NCBI RefSeq assembly: GCF_964355755.1
Contig: NC_092676.1
Coordinates: forward strand, 4,317,888 to 4,381,887
Source: Antedon mediterranea
Taxonomy: Eukaryota; Animalia; Echinodermata
DNA length: 64,000 nucleotides
Reading direction: 5' to 3'
The translations under genes and the position numbers were made by a program. The number at the start of each line of letters is the position of its first letter. The first letter of the stretch is position 1. Of this stretch, positions 58,051 through 64,000 are shown one piece after another. The notes under the pieces are model-generated. The model saw nothing but the letters and a program-made list of their open reading frames with translations, made no database searches and had not been told where the DNA came from.

Positions 58051-58505
58051 TTAAAAAGAATCTATAAATAAATTATGAAAATGACACACAAATTAACATA
58101 CAAATTAATGTATAATAATAATGTATTCATGTAAAACCCTTGGTCGATGATTCAGATTATTTTTTAATTAAACTCAAAAAATATCTTAATAACATCTTTG
58201 TGGTCACAAAAAAAGAAAGGTTGTTATTATACTGTAGTAACAATTTCATTTATATTGCCAATGCAGGGAATAATTGTGTTATACTACATACAGTGATTAT
58301 GACAACTGTATTTATATTGTACAGTATACTATACTTATTCATTGTTTTTTTATAATGTTAAAACTATGTTAATTGTGGATACTTTAATTAAATAAATAAT
58401 TTTGAAAATCCATCATATCTACCTACATTTTATTTATAATTATTGATTTTATTATATATCTTAATAATATGTCTTTGTGTTATTATTTTTACGTGCTTTA
58501 TATAG

Positions 58506-61500
58506 GATATGAAATGTCTACATATATCAGAAGATATGCTAAATACGTGAATCAGAAAGCGGTCTCCTACAGACAGGTCGCGTTTGATTTTTGTAGAGTG
58601 AAAAGAGGGTAAGTATAAAAATAATAAGACGGAAAAAAAAGTGGTGATTGTGACCATTAAATTTTCAGTGCAGTCAACTCTTTTAATACTGGGCTGTCCA
58701 AAAACTGGAAACTTTCCCAAAACCAGACTTTTGTTGAAAGAACCCATTTTCTTTGTTACCATTAAAAACAAATTTAAATTAGGCCTAATAATAATATTCT
58801 GGATTTATATACAGTAGCGCCTAATGTTGTGAAACCTCTATTAAGCGCTGAAAGTTATTACCCCAGTCATTTTTCTTTTTATCAAACGTGTATGGAAACA
58901 TACTCCCATAATGCAGCTAGTAATCAGCGCAAAGTTGTGTTTTGATCTAACCGGTTTCCCATTTATACACCTTGGTGGAGAGAGGCAAACATAAGTATCT
59001 TGCTTAAGGATACAAGCAATGCGGCGAGAGTTGGATTCAAACTTCGATCTCGCGATCAGTATGAGAATGTCCAACACACTGCGTGACACGCCCTTGGAAA
59101 CCTGACAAAATTAACTTGAAAACCATACATATTTGGTCAGCCTAAGGGTGTCCGGTATTGGGAGAGTTGACTGTACTACCATTTTCATTTTAACATGGCT
59201 CTGTTTAGTGCCATCATATCTTCTGAAGGAAAAAAAAAATGCTGTGAATTTGTGTAGAAAATGATCAAGTGATGAAATGGAATAGTTAATCAATGAGTGG
59301 ATTGTAATGAAAGCAAATAGCAAGCTGAGCAGACACTTCATACGTATTCCTATCTTTAGACACAATGCGATGCTTATTTGTATGATATCTCAAGCTGTGA
59401 ATAACTACGGTACTGCACAGTATCCTCTTCAGATTCCACTGTTGCAGCCAGGTTTATTTCTGTTTAATTCTCAAGATTTCTACTTACCATTTTTTTTATG
59501 TGTAGTTTTAAATTTAATGTTGTATTCAATTTTTATCATATTTGTTTTTATAGAAAAGAAGATGGATTGTTGAGGTCCATGCATACAGAAAAGGTACATG
59601 ACTTTATATTTTAGTATACCATAAGGGATCATATCAACATTATGTTACTACGCGAGAAAGCTAAATCTAAAGCTACAGGTATTCCGCTGCAGTCCCTGGC
59701 AAAATTTGTTTACTGTACATGACTAATAAAATCAGTCTTTAAAAAATAAAATTGATGTAAATTGATAGCAAGCAATTAAACCTATTGAAATTAAGGTTTT
59801 GTTTCTGCTGCATAAAAATAACCCGTTTAAAAACGGTGTGAATAAATTAACCCAAATTTCTTGGACAATTTTTGGTAGCCGGTTAGATGGCAGCGCAAAA
59901 TAACCGGTTAAAAACACCCATTCAATTCGGTGTTAGGATACATTTAACTGGTTATCACTGCGCAATTTTGAGCTGCAACACAAAATAACAGTTATTTGAT
60001 TGAAAGCTGCTTACCATGAGTCAACTATACTGCAGTAACGTTTGAATTAACTGCCAGGACCAATTGCATTTTGGGTAATTCTAATGATTTTTGTCAACGA
60101 CCACCCACTGATTTAAACGGTTATTTTGCAGTAAAAATTTAGCAGAAATGCAGTCAATATAAAAATTACATTTTAAATAAACGGTTTATTTAGCGCTATG
60201 CAGCAGAATCAGACCTAAAACCCCCTGGGATTATGCTAATGACAGGTGTTACTTTTTTGCAAACAGTGTTATTGAATTTACTAATTAAACATCGGCCTGC
60301 TACAAAATTACTAATCGGAAAACACAGTGCTGTATCTCCATATGACATTTGACCAGTATCATAGAAAAATTCTGTAATACAGTGTCCCATGAGTATCACA
60401 TGTGCTGCCTATATCGTGGAAGGTTAGGTTAAACACATGTGATGTTGTATCACAGGAGTTTCTTTGATACTGGTCAAATTGTAGATATAGCATAATCGGC
60501 TATCAGAAAATGTAATATTTAACTGATTATGTTTTCAATAGAATTGAAATGAAATAAATCGTAATAAAGTTACTCGGTAATTGAAATTCATTCTGGTTTA
60601 CCTTAGCCTTAAATACGATACTCAGATTTTTCTCACTAGGATGGTAATCCGTAACCTTAAGCCTTGCTAAAATAAGATTAATTTCACAGATTTATATGTT
60701 TGCTACGGCAATACACTACTGTATAATAAAACCATTGTAGACATTTATATAGAGGTCCATTAAATTTAGACATGGTTTTAGTATAGGTTTTGTCATTTAA
60801 ATGCTGATTGGTCACTACAGGGTCATAGGTTAAGTGAATTGATGATAAAAAAAGAGTAACAGATTTTTTTTTGATTTTTTAGCTGTTGAAAACACTACCC
60901 ATACTACAGGACCAGCTGGACTGTCTACTGGAGTTTGAGGTCTGTTCAAATATAATTTATTGTAATTTTCTTTTCTAAATTTTACATTATAGATGTATTA
61001 TCTCCCGAAACATGAAAAAATAAAGATGAAAAAAATCAAACTATGAATAGGCCATTTTGTATAGTTTTAATAAAGATATTCACTTAAAAAATGTATTGTC
61101 CCCCAAAATCATGACAAAATAAAGATTTATAAAATCAAACTTTTAATAGGCCATTTGCTGTTTAAGAGAAAAAAATATTTCACTTTTTTTTTCACTAAAT
61201 TAATTTTAACCAAAAACCATTGTATGACAGACAATTTAAGTACTTTTTGCTTTTAAATTACATTTGTTTCAGGTAAATAATTTTTTTTTCTGATCTAGTT
61301 TTTTGTCAAAGTGAATAACTGTTAGTGACATTAAAATGGCATATTCATCAAATTTTTTAAAATTTTTAAAATAGTCGTTTTAAGAGGACAATACTGTATT
61401 TTTATTTAAAGCAAACACCCTCCTTTCCTCCAGACAAGGCGATATTTCTGTAGATTAAGGTTTTATCAGAAATAGTTTTGATCCAATTTTGTGTCAAAGT

Positions 61501-63527
61501 AAAATAATAATGTGATAATTATACAAGATACAAGATAACTTTATTGTTTTTCTCATGGCAACTTAATATAAAAATAGATAAAATCAGTATTAAAATGTTA
61601 CAACACAAAGTAAAATGCACAGTACTGTAAAATATGTACAGATAACGGATAAATGCTATCAGGTGTTCCCAGGTGTTCGAAAATACAATTATTTGTGTTT
61701 GTCATTATTACAGTATATTTAAATATGCATTGTGTTATGTAATAATGGCCTGTTTAATACAACATGATGGTAGCTACAGTGGTAGCCACTTTTTTTGTTA
61801 CTCACTTTAAGTCTGAAATACTGTAGACCTTAACAATTCTAAAGCCTTGCGTACTACATTAAAGTTGTATCCTAGCAACAGGATATTTATGCATTATCAG
61901 TACTAAAAGTGTCTAATGCTCGTTTATTCATAATAAGTAATTTATTAAGGTTACACAGAATGTTGTTGACATTTGTATGAATGCTGTATGTCGAAATAGA
62001 CAAACTGTATGGCGTTTTGATTATTTTACAACTTGTACTTTATTTATTAGAATCGTAAAAGTAAATAACATATTAAAATTGAATAGGCCTATAGCAAATG
62101 GTAATTCATGGAAAGAAAACAAAAATCTATATTGTGCCTAGCTTACCTGGATAAATCGAAAATTGCCCATGCCCTTCTAAAAGGAGAGCTATGATATGTA
62201 TAGCGTGTTGATTATTTTATTGCTTGTACTTTATTTATTGGAATCGTAAAAGTAAATAACAGATTTAAATTGAATAGACTTATAGCGAAGGGTAATTATT
62301 AATTGAAAGAAAAACAACAATCTATATTGTGCCTAGCTTACCAGGATAAACCGAAAATTGCCCATGCCCTTCTCAATGGAGAGCTATGATCCATGAACAT
62401 CCTTCTACAGTGCATTTTCATAATGATCATTGAAGATTTGAACCCAGTACTATAAGGCTGAAAGGCGAACATCTACACCAAGCATTTTGAATGCAAAAAG
62501 CAGAAGTACATCTGAGTGTACTGTAATTATTGGATCATACCGCTTTTACAGAGTCATGTGTTCTGTTAAGATCAGGCTAAGTGCTTAGAATATGTCAGGG
62601 TTTTCTTCGAATGTTCGCTTTAAAAAAGGGGTTTGAGTAATTCACACTCTTTGTGTATGAACATTACAAACATATAATGGTTTAATGCATCTAGATACAT
62701 TTTAAAACTAAAGATGTACCCCCAAAAACATGAAAATTAAAGAATAATTTATTTAGACTTTAAATAAGTTGTTTTGTAGTCTTAATACATTTAATCACTT
62801 CTATAGGAAAAAAAAATGTTTTCACCTATAAAATGACAAAATAAATGGTTAAACTTAAATTCAACCAAAAACCCATTGGCTGGCAGCCAATTTGAATATT
62901 TTTTGCTTTAAATTGCATTTTTTCAGGTAAATAATTTTTTTTTTATTCCAATTTTTGATCAAAGTGGTTGACTATTATGAGACATCAAAATGGCATATTC
63001 AACCAAACATTTTTTTAAGAATTATTTTTTCAGGATAATATAATAATGTAACGTTTTTATCATTTTTGTTGTTGCAGGTAAACTCATCTCAACTTTCGAA
63101 TGGCGTTATTACTGGTTGTTTCATGCTACTTTTTAAAGACTGTATTCGATTGTTTGCTTGTTATAACGATGGCATCATTAATCTTCTAGGTAAGACAACC
63201 CGAAAGATGAAAATAACAGAATTTAAATCCTAAGTGTCAACGCATTTTGTCTGTAAAACTTAAGAACATAACTATTATTCCGGTGAAATAGGTTTATTAA
63301 TCTTACCTGGATTGATAAAAGAAAACATTAGTCTGAAATTCGAGAAAGATACTCCTAACAGCCATTTAATAATTTAAACAAAACAAGTAGAATTAACATA
63401 TTTTTACATTTGTTTTGCAGAGAAATTTTTTGAAATGTGTAAAAAAGATTGTAAAGTTGCATTGGACCTATATCAGAAATTTCTCATCAGAATGGACAAA
63501 GTTTCCGAATTTCTAAAAGTAGCAGAG
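58506..63527 (+). CDS. PICALM: Clathrin assembly protein PICALM/AP180 (ANTH domain), internal exons 58506-58608, 59554-59593, 60883-60939, 63078-63189, 63421-63527; continues past the window
   Basis: [35 protein letters not shown]|[13 protein letters not shown]|[19 protein letters not shown]|[37 protein letters not shown]|[36 protein letters not shown]; all in frame, GT-AG. Confidence 0.92.
58808..59095 (-). mobile_element. tRNA-derived SINE with CORE/V-like centre and L2-like tail
   Basis: Minus strand: B-box-like GTTTGAATCC, TGTATCCTTAAGCAAGATACTT..CTCTCCACCAAGGTGTATAAATGGG, tail AGCGCTT..AGGCGCTA..TATAAAT. Confidence 0.6.
62005..62392. repeat. Tandem duplication of about 195 bp
   Basis: TTGATTATTTTA..CTTGTACTTTATTTATT.GAATCGTAAAAGTAAATAACA...AATTGCCCATGCCCTTCT..GGAGAGCTATGAT occurs twice. 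Confidence 0.8.
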
Positions 63528-64000
63528 GTAAATAATTTTTTTTGTTTTGAAATTAATTTTTTTTTTCTCCAGAAAAGAAAAATTACAATAAAGAATTCAC
63601 TAAAGATTTAGATATGTTATGCTTTTGGTACAATTATTTACTTTGTGTATTAATGCTCACATTGCATGGTAAATGAAATTCAGTTATAATAATTATTTGG
63701 TAGTTTCTAAGTTGAAAATGGAACATTGACCGTGTTCGTACGGCGATTGAAATACACGTTTATTTGGTTTTTACCCTTGGGGTAAAACCCATACGACGTT
63801 CGTACGAATAAACAAAGTACCGGTAAGCTGACACGAAACCAATTAAGATCGGAATTCTTAGTTCAAAAAGCGCCCTCTGCGTCGACCCATATCAATTGAC
63901 ATGGCGTGTTGACAAATTCAACCGGATATCATGTCGTTTCGCGCGCGAATCGTTCAATTATTTTTCAATCAACAACCAGACCTAGGCTATATAATAATAC

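Overview
AT-rich animal genomic DNA (inferred marine invertebrate; intron-rich, no prokaryotic features). From left to right: (1) the 3' part of a type-C LGR/GRL101-RXFP-like leucine-rich-repeat GPCR gene (+). It has 13 intact single-LRR phase-2 cassette exons, at least one dead exon and a final hinge+7TM exon (26871-27894). The LRR exons arose by recent tandem and block duplication and differ almost only at predicted concave-face ligand-contact codons. (2) A complete 171-aa SSAT (SAT1/SAT2-like) GNAT acetyltransferase gene (-). Its first coding intron holds a 13.9-kb Gypsy element (PNMA-type gag, tRNA-Pro PBS, GGGAAAC -1 frameshift, apparently identical 1573-bp LTRs). The Gypsy is interrupted by a two-gene PIF/Harbinger-superfamily (Pangu-like) DNA transposon, which is itself interrupted by an L2 LINE tail. 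(3) A frameshifted COMMD2 lacking its last exon, followed on the same strand by intact PICALM/AP180 exons whose 5' exons are not seen. Introns are packed with RTE and CR1/L2 LINEs, Helitrons, Helentron/DINE-like elements, Mutator-, Kolobok- and Tourist-like MITEs and SINEs. All calls come from manual reading and translation; no database searches were run.
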